From Glaucostegus cemiculus (lineage: Eukaryota): a stretch of 64,000 nt of DNA. Below are positions 25,040-37,589 of this stretch, one piece after another. A model generated the notes under the pieces. The model was not told where the DNA came from and made no database searches. It saw only the letters and a list, made by a program, of their open reading frames with translations. Numbering within the stretch: position 1 is the first letter of the stretch; every line of letters starts with the position of its first letter. The stretch covers positions 31,000,001 through 31,064,000 of the forward strand of contig CDPCPM010000180.1 of assembly GCA_976551045.1 (NCBI GenBank). The letters run 5' to 3'. Position numbers and translations under genes: made by a program.

Positions 25040-26000
25040 TGTGCACTGCTCCATTGTCCAGTTGTCTGGCACTGCCCTCTCCTGGTTCCATTCCCATTTA
25101 TTCAGCTCTAGCCTTAGAATCTTCAGCAGTCTCTTACCTCCTCCTGCTCTGGTTCTATCCTTGGGCCCCTCCTATTTTTCATCCACACTCTGCATATTAA
25201 AGTTATCAAACCTAAACAGGCTCCACAAATGTGTCACCAACACCGCTGTATCCCAGAACCACTTCCACTGACTCCTCCACTGTTTTGCATTTGCCACACT
25301 ATATGTCCACTATATAGTACTAATTTGTGCAAATGTCATCCAAATATATTACAAAGTTCAAAGCCAACAATTCAGTTCCTATTATAAAATACATTCCTTA
25401 GTCACTGGCTCCAACAGTCTATCTGCAAACACTCCTGAGGCTGACCCAGATTACTCCCAAACTTAACATACTAACTGACATCGAGCTGAGCTGCTGACCC
25501 TCTCACCAGGACTGGCTACTTCTAGCTCTGTGACATCAGGCATCTCCAGACCTGCCACTGCTCATGTACTACTGACACTCACAATGATGCATCCAGAGTC
25601 AGCTACCGAAATGCTCCCCTGTAGCCTTAGAATCTCCTACAATCTCTTACCTCCTCTTCCTTAAGTATGAGCCAATCCAAAATTCTACTCCTTGTAATTC
25701 ATGGCAAGTTCCGTACACTGTTCTCAATGACCTAAATTAACACCCATTTCAGCAGCATCACTATTTTAAAATCCTCTTCCTTATTTTCAAATCCTTCTGC
25801 GGTATTGACCCTCTCTATTCCTGTAACCTACCCACTCTTTGAGATTGTGCACCCCTCCACTTCTTGACATTTCTGATAGTCATTCCTCCACCAATGGCAA
25901 TTGGCCTTCAAACACCAAGGTTCAAAGCCTTGGAATTCCCTGTCTAAACCTCTCCACCTCCCCCTCCTTCTTTCAGATACCCCTTAAAGCCTTCCAGCTA
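25040..26000 (+). mobile_element. L2 LINE RT/3' remnant
   Basis: LSGTALSWFHSHL motif and an L2-type 3' end (tttaaaatcctc..tggaattccctgtctaaacctctccacc). Confidence 0.65.
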
Positions 26001-26569
26001 ATCAGAGGTTTGAAAAATGGAAATGAGAGGGCAGAGAAGTGAAACCATATGTGGCATTCCTACTCATCCTAAATCTATGTCTAAAATCTGGTAATTTCCG
26101 GCTTGCCCTTTTACTCAATTGTTCTAAAATATACAATATTTTACATTCTATGGACTAGAATCTAGAAGTTTTGAGATTCCACATTCTCAGTTTGCATTAT
26201 GGCTTCATATTTGTTCACCTTGGCCAAAACGTCCTGCTCTATTGTCACAAATTCACAACTGTTACAGCTGAGTAACTACTGTGTTGCCTCACTAGTGTGA
26301 TGTAAGTAGTTGTACCTCCATCCAAATCAACCACTACAACTCAATTAAGACTTACACAAGAGAAATTATTTCCCAAGTGAATGCCCAAGTGAAAACTATT
26401 TGTGCAAGGATTTGTTAACATTCATTAATATAAGGTTGCCAACATATCCATTTACAACCAATAGTTTAAAAAGGAAGTCACTTCACACTGCATTTATATC
26501 TGCTGAGCTTTGCCATAGAAAAGCCCCAACCATAGTTGGTAATCTGGCAGAACAAATGGGAAGGTTATT

Positions 26570-26820
26570 TCAGGAATACTAAAGGGCATAGGTTTAAGGT
26601 GAGAAGGAGGAGGTTCAAAGGGGGTCTGAGGGGTAACTTTTTCACACAAAAAGCAGTTGTATCTGGAATGAGCTGGCAGGGGAGATGTGGAGGCAGGAAC
26701 AATAGCAATATTTAAGAGGCATCTTGACAGGTACAAATAAGGAAGATATGGAAAGATAGGGAACTATTGCCGACAAGTGAGATTAGTGCAGATAGGCATG
26801 GTAGTCAGCACAGATGTGAA
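26570..26820 (+). mobile_element. CR1 3' fragment
   Basis: gggcataggtttaaggtgagaaggaggagg..ctgaggggtaactttttcacac. Confidence 0.8.
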
Positions 26821-29800
26821 CAACTCCATAACTCCATATTCATTTTGTAAATAGGAGCTAAAAACTGCAAGACATCTTTTATTATGGACCACATCATCCT
26901 CTTGAATTTGGTTTCCAAATGCCTTGAATGGATTTTCCCCATACATTAGAGCAGATCTGTAGCTATAAAATAGAAGTTGCCCTGAAACCCACTGCTCAAT
27001 AACCTAGAATTTGCTCAGAAAATAAACGTATAGTACATGGATGATTATTGCTTGGAAAAACCCAAACAGTTGTGAGGAAGAGAAAACACGTGAGTAGTGC
27101 ATCATCACTGCTAAATGATTTGTAATGCTCCATCAGTAACATCACTACTTTCATGAAATTACTGAGTTTATGTTATTAAAATGAACTAAACTCAGAGCAG
27201 ACATTTACCAATATTATGAATGCATTTAATCATAGTACTTCTGTTCCTGCAATGCAAATCAAACTCAGAGGCCTAGAAAGGACAATTGAAACTCCAGAAT
27301 TTCACAACTGCAGGCCGTAACTTGTTCCTTTTCTAAAAATATCATTAATTATATTTTCCTATTTTTCAGTTGGTTTTCTAAGTCTTCATTCAATCTTTCC
27401 CTCCTTCTAGGTTTTTCAGTGTCCAGCTAGATTCAAATTCACCCTGTTTCTATTCCTATTCCTCCTCCTTTCATAAATCTTGGCGTTAAGCAAGTGGACT
27501 GCTGATTCTATTCTGCACCAAGATCCTTACTGCCTCATTCACCCCCTTGCTATGTCATCATCGACTTCACTTACAGAATTTTGTGGTGTTCAGAATTATT
27601 GACCTAAGACTTCTGGAAAAAAAACAGATTCCTGTGGGATATTCAGCCATTGCTAATTGGGCTGGTTTCATGTGGCACCGAACTCACCACATGTGGAAAC
27701 TTTATAAAATATAATGACAGTGCAAGCCTCTTTTCAGCATGAGTATCCCTTACAAGACTGCATCCAGGTTTGATGGAAGACGGATTCAGGTTTGATGTCT
27801 GTGTGCTTTAGCTCAAGGTGACACTTCACTCGGTTATATCATGTCTCAGTACTTACATGCAAACAACTCTTGCACTCTAACTTTTTCATTCTGGAGGTGT
27901 GGTCATTCATGCCAAGCAGGCATTTATTGCTCAATCCTCATTATAGCTGAATTGAAGTCAAATAAAGTGCAGAGAGTGGGCAAAGATGTCTGAGTTGCAT
28001 TAATCAACTAGTTGCAATTTTACTAGTTTCTGGTCACTGGTAACAACTTTTAATTTCCAGATTTTTTTTTCAAAACAAGTTGAATTTAAATGCCCAGGGT
28101 ATCAATGCTGGAAATGAACACTCACTTTCCTGATTACTAACCAGATCACTCAGCCAATAACTTAGACAAAGAAATTCACCTCCCCTGCACCAGCAGCTTG
28201 AAACACAGAGAATTGTAGACAGCCTATTTACTGAAACCAAAAGTGAGTGTTAAGCAGACATATGAATAGTGACAGGAGAGTCGTGTTAAATTTTGTGGCT
28301 GGAAAAAAACACAGGCCCCAAATCAATGCCTTTCCCAGATGCACTTCCGGTGAGCACTGTGGACCAGCAGTAGCAGTGGGTTTGGATTCTCCTCAAATTC
28401 AGTTTCCGTTTCAATGTCTATATGAGTCTTTGCCACTGTCAACTGTGGCTCTGTTGGTAGTACCCTGGCCTCTGAGTCAGAGGGCTGGAAATTCCTAACG
28501 TGCATAAATATGTTGTACTATGAGACAGAATTTCAGTCAAGAAGGTTATGGATTTAAGTCCAACTCAGAACCTTCAGGTCATAATCCATGCCGACTCTCT
28601 AGTACAACACAGAGGGCGTGCTACACCCAAGTAGAATCATGGAAACTTACTACATAGAAGGAGGCAACTTAGCCCATTTTATCCAAAAATAGAGCTGATC
28701 CCACTTCTCAGCTCTGTCCCCAGCCTAGATGGTTACAACAATTCAAGTGCTCATCCAGGTACCTTTCAAATGCATTGGGGAAGGGGGGTGGGGTTGTGTC
28801 TGCATCATTCTTTCAGGCACGTGCCATCTGACTTTGTAGACTGAGACCTCAGATGGAAAACTCTGTTGAAGAAATGCAGGGGAATTAGACCCAGTTCCGG
28901 GGTCAATATTATCCCTCAATCAACAAGTGTGTACACAAGTCATAGAATCTGGGGGTAAGGTGATGGGAATGTGAGGAGAATAAAATGGAATTGGTATAGG
29001 ATTGGTGTAAATGAGTGGTTGATAATTGGTGAAGACTCAGTGGGCCGAAGGGCCTGTTTCCCTGTTCCTTGACTCCATAGAGCTCTGGCTACTAATGCAA
29101 ATATTTTGTCTTCAATGCTCAGCTGTTTGTAGGAACTTACTGAGCGCAAATTGGACACACTTCAAAATAAATTTTTGGCTGTAAAACAGTTTTCAGTTCC
29201 TTCAAATCAGGAATGGCAGTACATCAATTCAATTCTTTCTTCCTTCCAACATTTTGTTTTCTCCCAAATGTCATCTCTTGTTGCTTTCTGTTGCTCATGG
29301 TGAAGCTTTCTCCCTGAGGATCCTGTGCATGTGTGTGGGTCACCAGTCAGATGCTCCTCAATTTATAAAAGAAAACAGCACCTATTAGTAGAGCAATTCA
29401 GTTTTCCATCACAAGTGTGTGATTATTGGAGTAAGAACCAATGCATGCCATGAGCAATGCCTTGCTGCATCACGCAAATTGTTTCTTTTTGGTTGTAGTA
29501 TGCAAATTTTTAAAATTTCAAATTAGGGTAGAAAAGAAAACCAGTGTAATTGCCCCGGGCCTCTGAACAGGTCAATGAGTCAAATCGACGTTAATAAATG
29601 TATCAGCATTACGGGTATCAACTGGGTGGAATACTTCAATTCACTTTTAGGCGAATTTAAAAAAATTGTTTAATTTCCTATTAATGTCTTGAAGGTGACA
29701 AGTTTCTATTATCTTTTTCATTGTGTGCGTTTTCAACGTATCAGGAAGCCAGCAGCTGCAGAAGTTCCCCCTCTATCAATTGATAAGAAGATTTTATCTC

Positions 29801-30739
29801 AACAATTTGCATTTATGCAGCATCCTTATCATAGCTGAGTAACCAAACAAAAATTAGCATCAAGTCAAAATATAATGGTGGGCCAGATTTTAAGGAAGGG
29901 ATTGAAGGAGGCAGAGAGGTTGAAAGGTTTAGGATGGAGGGTCTTGGCAGCTAAAGCTACTGCCATTAATGTTGGGCTGAAGGATGTCGGGAGTTGTTGG
30001 AGGTATCGGAGGTAAGGTCAGTAGCCTGACTTTTGGTGATTTGACTTTACGTAGCACTTACATTTACATACCAACAGTCATATCACAGCTGAGTGTGTTT
30101 GATCCTGAAATCATTGTGTATCCACTCTGATCAGAGTGGAGTGCATTTGAACTGTTGTAATGCCCCTTCTCGCCCCTGCAGATGGTTTTCTACAGTTCAG
30201 ATTCAAACTTCCTAGGCATAATAAGGGCACAATTGGAAGTTTGCAAGCAAATGATGAAAAAAAACAGATTAATCTTCCTTCTGGGAATAATGTAAGAAAT
30301 TGTTTTAATTGCTATTATAATTACTGTACCTACTTCCAGAAATGACAATGATTGATATCCAGGAAATATGATGGGAGTTTTGAAGAATCCTATAGAAGTC
30401 AGCTTTTCAAACCTTAAATTATTTCTTCATAACAACTTGAATGTGTTGGTGAGGTATTAATGCAGCTTTGTTGGATTCTTTCCCTTTAAGTGCCTGCCAT
30501 TGGTAGCCCAGATCTCAGAAATATTTAGGGGGGAAAGGAATCACTGATGCCCAGTAGACTATCAGTGTTGTGCCAGGTCTGAGGTCTTGATTTTCAACTT
30601 CCTCTCAGTTGACTGTGCTGCGCTGGCACATTGACGGAGATGGTGAATTTCGACACTGACTTTTTGTCTTTGCTGAAAGGTGGCTTTCGAGGTATCAGAA
30701 GTAGTCGATGTTTTCTAGGGTCTCGCTGTGAAGTTTTTT

Positions 30740-31090
30740 TTGTTGGAGCTCTGTCATGGAGATTCCCAGAAGTACAGAGATAAAGACACAAGGATGCATC
30801 CAAAATCTCTTTGACAAATTGTAATATCCCCACAGACTTCTGGGAATCTCTGGCCCGTGACTGCTCAAGGTGGAGAAGGAGCATTTGGTATGGTATTGAG
30901 AAACTCTCGTCCATGAATCAGGTGCACACAGAAATGCTGAGTAAATGGCAAAAGGAGCACATCATCTCCCAGACTACCCACCTGCTCCTTCCAGTACCTC
31001 CTGTCCCAACCGTGCAAGAGTCTGTGGTTCTAACGGTGACTCCACCTTAGAACCTACAAATTCAGAATAGAAGCAAAGTGGATTACCTCA
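30740..31090 (+). mobile_element. RTE-clade LINE 3' fragment
   Basis: ORF 30811-31050 reads CNIPTDFWESLARDCSRWRRSIWYG. Confidence 0.75.
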
Positions 31091-31099
31091 CCTTAATGA

Positions 31100-32088
31100 A
31101 CAATAATCCACTCAACAAAATTTTGCCACTCATTTAACTTATCTTTATACCTTTGCTGACTCTTTGTATCCTCCTCATAACTCGATTTCCTTTGTTTCAT
31201 CAGCAAATTTGACTTTAAAACACGCAGTCCTTTCATCTGTTGTCATTAAAATAGATGGTAAAAGTTGAGGCCCCCTCACTGATCCCATGGAACCTAATTG
31301 GTCATAACTTGCCAAACAGAAATTCATCCATTAATCCCAAATCTGTTTTCTATTAGTTCTCCAATCCTCTATCCATGCTAATATATCACCCCCATTTCAT
31401 GAGATCTGACCTCGTGTACTAACCTTTTATGTGGCAATTAATCAAATGCCTTCTGGAAATCCAAATACACCACGTCTACAGGTTCCCCTTTATCCACACT
31501 GCAGATAACATCCTCAATAAACTTTAATAAATTTGTTGAACATGATTTCCCTTCCATAAAACCATGCTGATTCTGCCTTTTAATATTCTCTAAATATTTA
31601 GCACTACCTCCCCAATAATTTCTAATAGGAATACAGATATAAAATATTTGTTCAAAGTCTCTGCCATTTGCTTATTTTCCATCATTAGTTCCCAGTCTCC
31701 TCCTTTAAGGGACCAATATTTACTTAACACCTCTCTTCCTTTCAAGACACATGGAATCTTACTGTCTGTATTTCTTGCCAGTTTACTATCAAATGTTATT
31801 TTCTCTCTCCTTACTACATTTTTAGTCATCCTTTGCTGATACCTAATAATTTCTCAATCTTCTGGCCTGCCGCTATTCCTTTTCTATCAATCTGATACCA
31901 TCCTTACCTTCCTTAGTCAGCAATAGATGGATCATCCTTGGAGTCTTTACTTCTAACTGAAAGTATCTTCTTTGAGAATTATGATACCGTGCCTCCTAGT
32001 TCTAGACATTCCCATGAGGTAAAGTCTCATCTTGGCATCTACCCTGCTAATCCCTCTCAGAATCTTACATGTTTCGGTCAACTCACTT
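31100..32088 (-). mobile_element. Fragmented CR1 remnant, host of the Rex1 insertion (continues ~33065-33100)
   Basis: Reverse complement gives VYLDFQKAFD and ENKQMAETLNKYFISVF. The CR1 sequence resumes after the Rex1 tail (ctaaactccaatgagtctaggcccaacc). Confidence 0.7.
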
Positions 32089-33064
32089 CTGACGATGAGT
32101 CGGACTACAGAGAGGAGGTGAAACAACTAGCCGTGTGGTGCTATGACAACAACCTCTCCTTGAATGTGGATAAAACCAAGGAGATGATAGTGGATTTTAG
32201 GAGGGGTCACCGTGTGCACGCCCCGCTGACCATCAACGGGTCTGCTGTGGAACAAGTACGCAGCACCAAGTTCCTGGGGGTGCACATCACCGACGACCTG
32301 ACCTGGTTCACTAACATTACGGCCCTCACGAAGAAAGCTCAGAAACGCCTCTACTTCCTGTGGAGACTGAGGAAAGCGTACCCCCATCCCTCTGTCATGA
32401 AAACCTTCTATAGGAGGACCATTGAGAGCATCCTAACTCAATGTATCACTGTTTGGTTTGGAAGCTGCTCAGCTGCTGGGTGGAAGTCCCTCCAGAAGAT
32501 AGTTAGGGCTGCAGAGTGGATCATAGGTGTCTCGCTTCCATCCCTTGCAGACATATACAAAGACCGGTGTGTGAGGAAGACCAAAAGCATAATGGCCGAC
32601 CCTTCTCACCCCTCCCACCACCTCTTCACAATTTTGCCATCAGGGAGGAGGCTTAAATGTATCAGGGCAAGAACGTCCAGGCTGAACAATAGCTTCTTTC
32701 CGCAAGCCATCAGAACTGCAAACTCTCTCATCCCTCCATCTTCCTTTGTTAACACTAAGAGATGCTAGGTGCACAGAAATGCACCAGCACTTTAAATGCC
32801 CGCCACCAGCCCGTTCACTTTAATAACTATTTATTTATTTACCAGCCATTTTTAATTTAATCTGCGTACTAATTTAATTTTAACTTCCGTAGCTTTTAAT
32901 GTTTAATGTTTTTTAATGTTTATTCTGTCAAGTGTGTATGTGTGTCTCTGTTGGTTGTTATGTTATTTTATGGGACGAGTACCTGAGGAGGACGGTATCT
33001 CGCTCCTATGAATACTATGTATGTATATGGTTGTGACAATAAAACTGATTCTGATTCTGATTCT
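32089..33064 (+). mobile_element. Young 5'-truncated Rex1/Babar LINE, copy A (uninterrupted RT C-terminal frame to 32768, (GATTCT)n tail)
   Basis: [67 protein letters not shown]. CpG-rich. Tail aataaaactgattctgattctgattct. Confidence 0.95.
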
Positions 33065-34259
33065 CTAAACTCCAATGAGTCTAGGCCCAACCTACTTAAC
33101 TTTATGATAAAGTCCCAGAATTATGATCCAGGAGGAATAGCTATAGATTTCCAAGTCAGGGTGGTGTATAACTGGGAATACACCTGCTGCACTAGTCCTT
33201 CTAGGTAGTAGAGGTCGCGGATTTAGGACACAATGTCAAAAAGCTATGACAAGTTCTTTCAAATGATACAATCTGCTGTCATGTTATGCTTGTAGAGGAG
33301 GGAGTAAATGGTAGAGGGAGTGAATGTGGTGGTGAAGATGGTTTTCCAGCAACCTGCTTTGTCCTGGATGGTGCCAAAATTCCTGAATGTTGCAGGAGGT
33401 GCACTCATCCAGGCAAGGGGACAGAATTCTATCACACTCCTCATTTCCACCTTGTAGACAGCAGACTGATTTTGGGGGAATCATCAGGCGAACAATTCTC
33501 TGCAGAATATCCACCCTCTGGCCCACTGCAGTAGCATGGCCCAGCCAAGTATTCTTCAATATGAAAAATCTTTCTAAACATGTTATATGTGCATCTAAGA
33601 AAATTAGCTCAATTTGAAGTTAACGGAACTCAGAATGCAAAGCAGAGTACAGCCAGCAGATGATACTCTTGTCTGAGTGTTGTGCATATAACTGAAGACA
33701 AATTTATCCATCTATATTCTTAATAGATAAAAATGTAGAACTGAAATTTGACTTCGCTTTCTAAATAAAGGATTGCACGAAAGTTGTTGCTCATTTTACC
33801 TCCTGCCCATTTATAGAACATGTAGTCACGGTTTTTCTATCTTGAGGTATTTTTAAGTCTGCAGTTCAATTATCTATTTTGATGTTCAAGGGAAGGGATT
33901 TTGTTATTTTTGCTGATTGGTATGAAGGATGTCAGTGCTGAAGTTTGGAATGTTTCTGGCATCCAATGTCAGCATTAAACACTTCCAGGGTCTAATTTAG
34001 CACATCCAGATACGGAGTAAACACTCTCTGCTCTCCCCTAGCATGGCTCAACTCCAGCTTCAGGACAGCACCATCCTGTAGCCTCTCTGAGCGAAAATTG
34101 TGATCTTGTGATATCTCAGGTTACTGACACATACTGACACAATGTAAAATGCTTCATGGTGCAGCTCACTCCATGCCACCAGGTGAATGAGATGTTCAGC
34201 TCATCAGTCTGCCTGATTAAAACCTAAGATATTAATGTCAGAAGCCTGCACCTAACCCA

Positions 34260-34920
34260 GCAACAACAACAACTTCTAATTACACAGTACGTTTCATGAC
34301 GAAAAATATCTCGGTTCACTTCATAGGAACATTGGCAAAGAAAAACTGATACCAAGCCGAAGAGAGAATATTAGGGCAGGTCAGCAAAACCTCAGTCAAA
34401 GAGGAGCATCTGTGTCAGAGATATAAGAGATGTCTTAGATGAGGAAACAGAGGAAACAAAGCCTAAAGGTTTAGTGAGGATTCTCGTGAATAAGGCCTAG
34501 GGATCTAATGACACAACTACCCTGGTTGTGTCATTAAAACTGGAACTGATTAAATTCAGAGATGGGCACAAGAGCAGAATTACAGCAGGTATTTCAGAGG
34601 ACTACAAGGTTGCAGGAGATGACAAAGGCAGGAAGGGGTGAGAGCAAGGAGGGATTTGAAAACAAGTGAAACCCCAGCTTCACTGGGAGCTGATGTAGGC
34701 CATCTGCAGAGGGACACAAATAAGCGGAACCTGTTGCGAGACACAACCAGCAGAGCTGTGGATTACTTCAAGTTCAAGAATGGACAAGGAAGGCTGGAGA
34801 GTGGTTTGGAACAGCTCAGGGTGAGCTGTGGCAGGTTAGAGAAGTGCAATGTTACAGAGCTGGAAGCAGCGGATTCTAATGATGGCAGGGATATGTGGCC
34901 GAAAACCTATGGTGCTTAAC
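34260..34920 (-). mobile_element. L2 LINE 3' remnant
   Basis: caacaacaacaacttctaatt tail followed by a purine-rich L2 body on the reverse strand. Confidence 0.55.
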
Positions 34921-37589
34921 TCATCTCTACACTGGATGTTTCATCTAATGTAATTTTTTTTAAAAGGAACAGTTTTCCAGGGTATTTCCTTGTGACTTTT
35001 GAAGATTTAACCACTAAACAGAAATTGTCATAGCTTTTGGGGTTTTCACATTTATAATGGCGTGGCCTCAAATCCCACTGCAGAGACTCCAGTGCAAAAT
35101 CTGAGTGGGAACTCCAGTGCAGTACTGGTGGGATGCACTATTGGAGATCCCATCTTTTTGATGTCTCATTAAAGTGGTCTCAAGAACACCATGGAAAAAT
35201 TGTGTGGGACTGTAGCGAGGATGTTACTAACTACACTGTGACCATTGGTGCCTACTTTTTCCCCATTTGGTGCAGACAGGTGGTATGTTGCCAGGGTCCT
35301 CAACAGGTTCCCCTCCCATTAGTTCAACACACCAGCACTCCTCAACCACCAAGAAACACTGCCCCATAGGCACCAGGAAACATGGAGAAAAGGCCAAGGC
35401 TTCTCACAGGAATCTCAACTATAATCTTTGGATCTTTGCCTTAAAGCCACCCTGCCACCATTTTCAGTGCAGCAGTCCTGCTCACGCTTTCTTAGTTGCC
35501 TTATGTAACTCGATGATGGAAATCCAGCCAGGAATTGGGGAGGCAGCAGCAAGAATGAGTTGGCCAAAGAGAAGGAGAGATAGAACCTGCCAAGGAGTGC
35601 ATTCAGTAAGAAACAAAGCCAGGAAGGGATACATAGGCCCAAGCAAAGCTGAGGAGTGCACAGGGGGTGCAGACAGAAAGTTAAAAACAAACCTGCAAGC
35701 CGTAGGAGCCAGTTAGAGTATGTACTTGGAATATGGGAGACAGCATCCAGTGTTATATGAGGACCAATGGAATTAGGAGATCACAAAAGTCCAGATGGAC
35801 ATGCCACCAGCTTAAAGTTAAGGTTATTCAGAAAATCAAGGGTGTGGTCAAGGTGGAAAAACTAGTCACTCCAAATTCAAATTTTAAAATTGTCTATATC
35901 GAGAGAAAAGCATCATAAGGCAAACAATATTGGGAAGCTGAATTATTGCACAATGATACACTCCAGTTAAATGTTGGTTTGGCCTGATTACACTGCGTCC
36001 TGCTGTAGAATCACAGGCACTCAGGGGCACCAGCATAAATCTCACGTGTTCGGCAGGAACAGTGGAGGATCAGGTTGCATACTTGCTTACGCACTGTCTG
36101 ATTTTACTCTCTGTGGATGTTCCACAGAAAGTGTGTGAATCCTTCCTGCTAAACAGGTTAGATTAAGAACAGGGCTGACATTTTACAATTTTCAAAACAA
36201 AAACTAAAAATACTCTAAAACATTTCCATTCTTAAGAAAGCATTAGTGCAGTTATGTCCTAAGCAGGGTAGGGTTACTGATTTGAGCCATCTGTTCCCAT
36301 GCTCTATTAAGTACTCTCCACTTGCCTGGATGAAGATAGCTCCAACACTATAAAATGCTTGTTGTCGGGATAAAGCAGCCTGTTCAATCAAACCTAATCA
36401 ACCACCATAAACGTTTACTCTCTTCCACAACAATCCAAGGTTGTTGCCATCTACAAAAATAGCCAGATGTTCTTTGATAGCACCTCTTGAACTTGTTCCT
36501 CATGTTCACTGGAAGGACACGGACAGGTTGTGCATGGGAAACATCTGGATGTTTAATAATCTGTATGTACTGGTCCTTTATTGAAGCACAGTCAAAACCT
36601 TGGACCTAGCATTGTAGGAATCCCTTTACCACAAAGGTTGGAGTGGTTCAAGATGATGACCAACACCTTCTCAAGGACATCTAAGGAAATTATTTTTAAA
36701 AATCCAAATAGGTATTGACCACGTTGAAGTGTGATAAAAGCCATATTCCTCATAGCTGCGAGAATCAACTTACTCAGAAATCAGTCTTGTTTAAAGAGCA
36801 GGGAAAAAAAACAGAAAGTACATTACGCTTGGCTATCAATTATATGCAGAAATTAATCCAGGCACTTACAAATATTTACAGTAGCATGGTATATAGTAGT
36901 AATGGTATACTGTAAGATCACCAAGGTTGGCTGACAGGGGAATTAGACATTCTACTCTGTCTACCTGTAGTATTGGGATGCTATGTTGCCTTTCTCCCCT
37001 ATTCATTAACAGGATGCATTGCTATTGACAAAGCCAATATTTATTGGCCTTCCCTATTTGCCCTTGAGAAGGTGTGCAGAACATAGGTTGCTGACCTGGC
37101 TGGCAGCACCTATATTCCTGAAATGAATAGTGATAGAATTAATTATTTCTGAACTTACTCAGAAGAGATAAAATCAAAATGCAGAATGTCAATACAAAAT
37201 ATGTGGTCAAGGATTGGCTTTGGGGAAATCCCTGAACTTGCTAAAATGCCTGTTTTTAAACCAGACATGTTTTTAGCAGGATGTGAACCAATACAGCAGA
37301 GCAATTTGATGCCCACAGAACTATAGTAAGTTATTTTGCTCTGCCTTGCTTCTTCACTTCACATGCTTAAGAAGAACAATGTGATATCCGACAATGGAGG
37401 CAAGCCCAGAAGCTGCCTCAAGACCTGGATAAACGCCTGAACATTTCTCTTTTACATTTGCCTTTTGATTTATTGCTCTTAATTTGCTGCTGAATTTCAT
37501 AAGGGTTAGTCATTACATTACAGACCTTCACACGGACAATCAAACTCAGGGAAACCCTAAATTAAAAGCAGAAAATGCTGGAGACCTGC

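Noticed and set aside
27688-27798. Minus-strand exon candidate with a DIKPES kinase-like motif
   Set aside because: The acceptor is poor, that frame hits a stop, and no other kinase motifs are present.
28340-28352. ETS/GABPA motif CACTTCCGG as a promoter
   Set aside because: An isolated motif with no CpG island or other core promoter support.
31938-32768. Longest ORF (276 aa) as a host gene or a true fusion protein
   Set aside because: The first ~50 codons are antisense CR1 flank read in frame by chance from a TTG start. The rest is a truncated Rex1 RT.
35267-35716. 149-aa ORF as a gene
   Set aside because: Non-ATG start, no recognisable domain, and no convincing splice sites.
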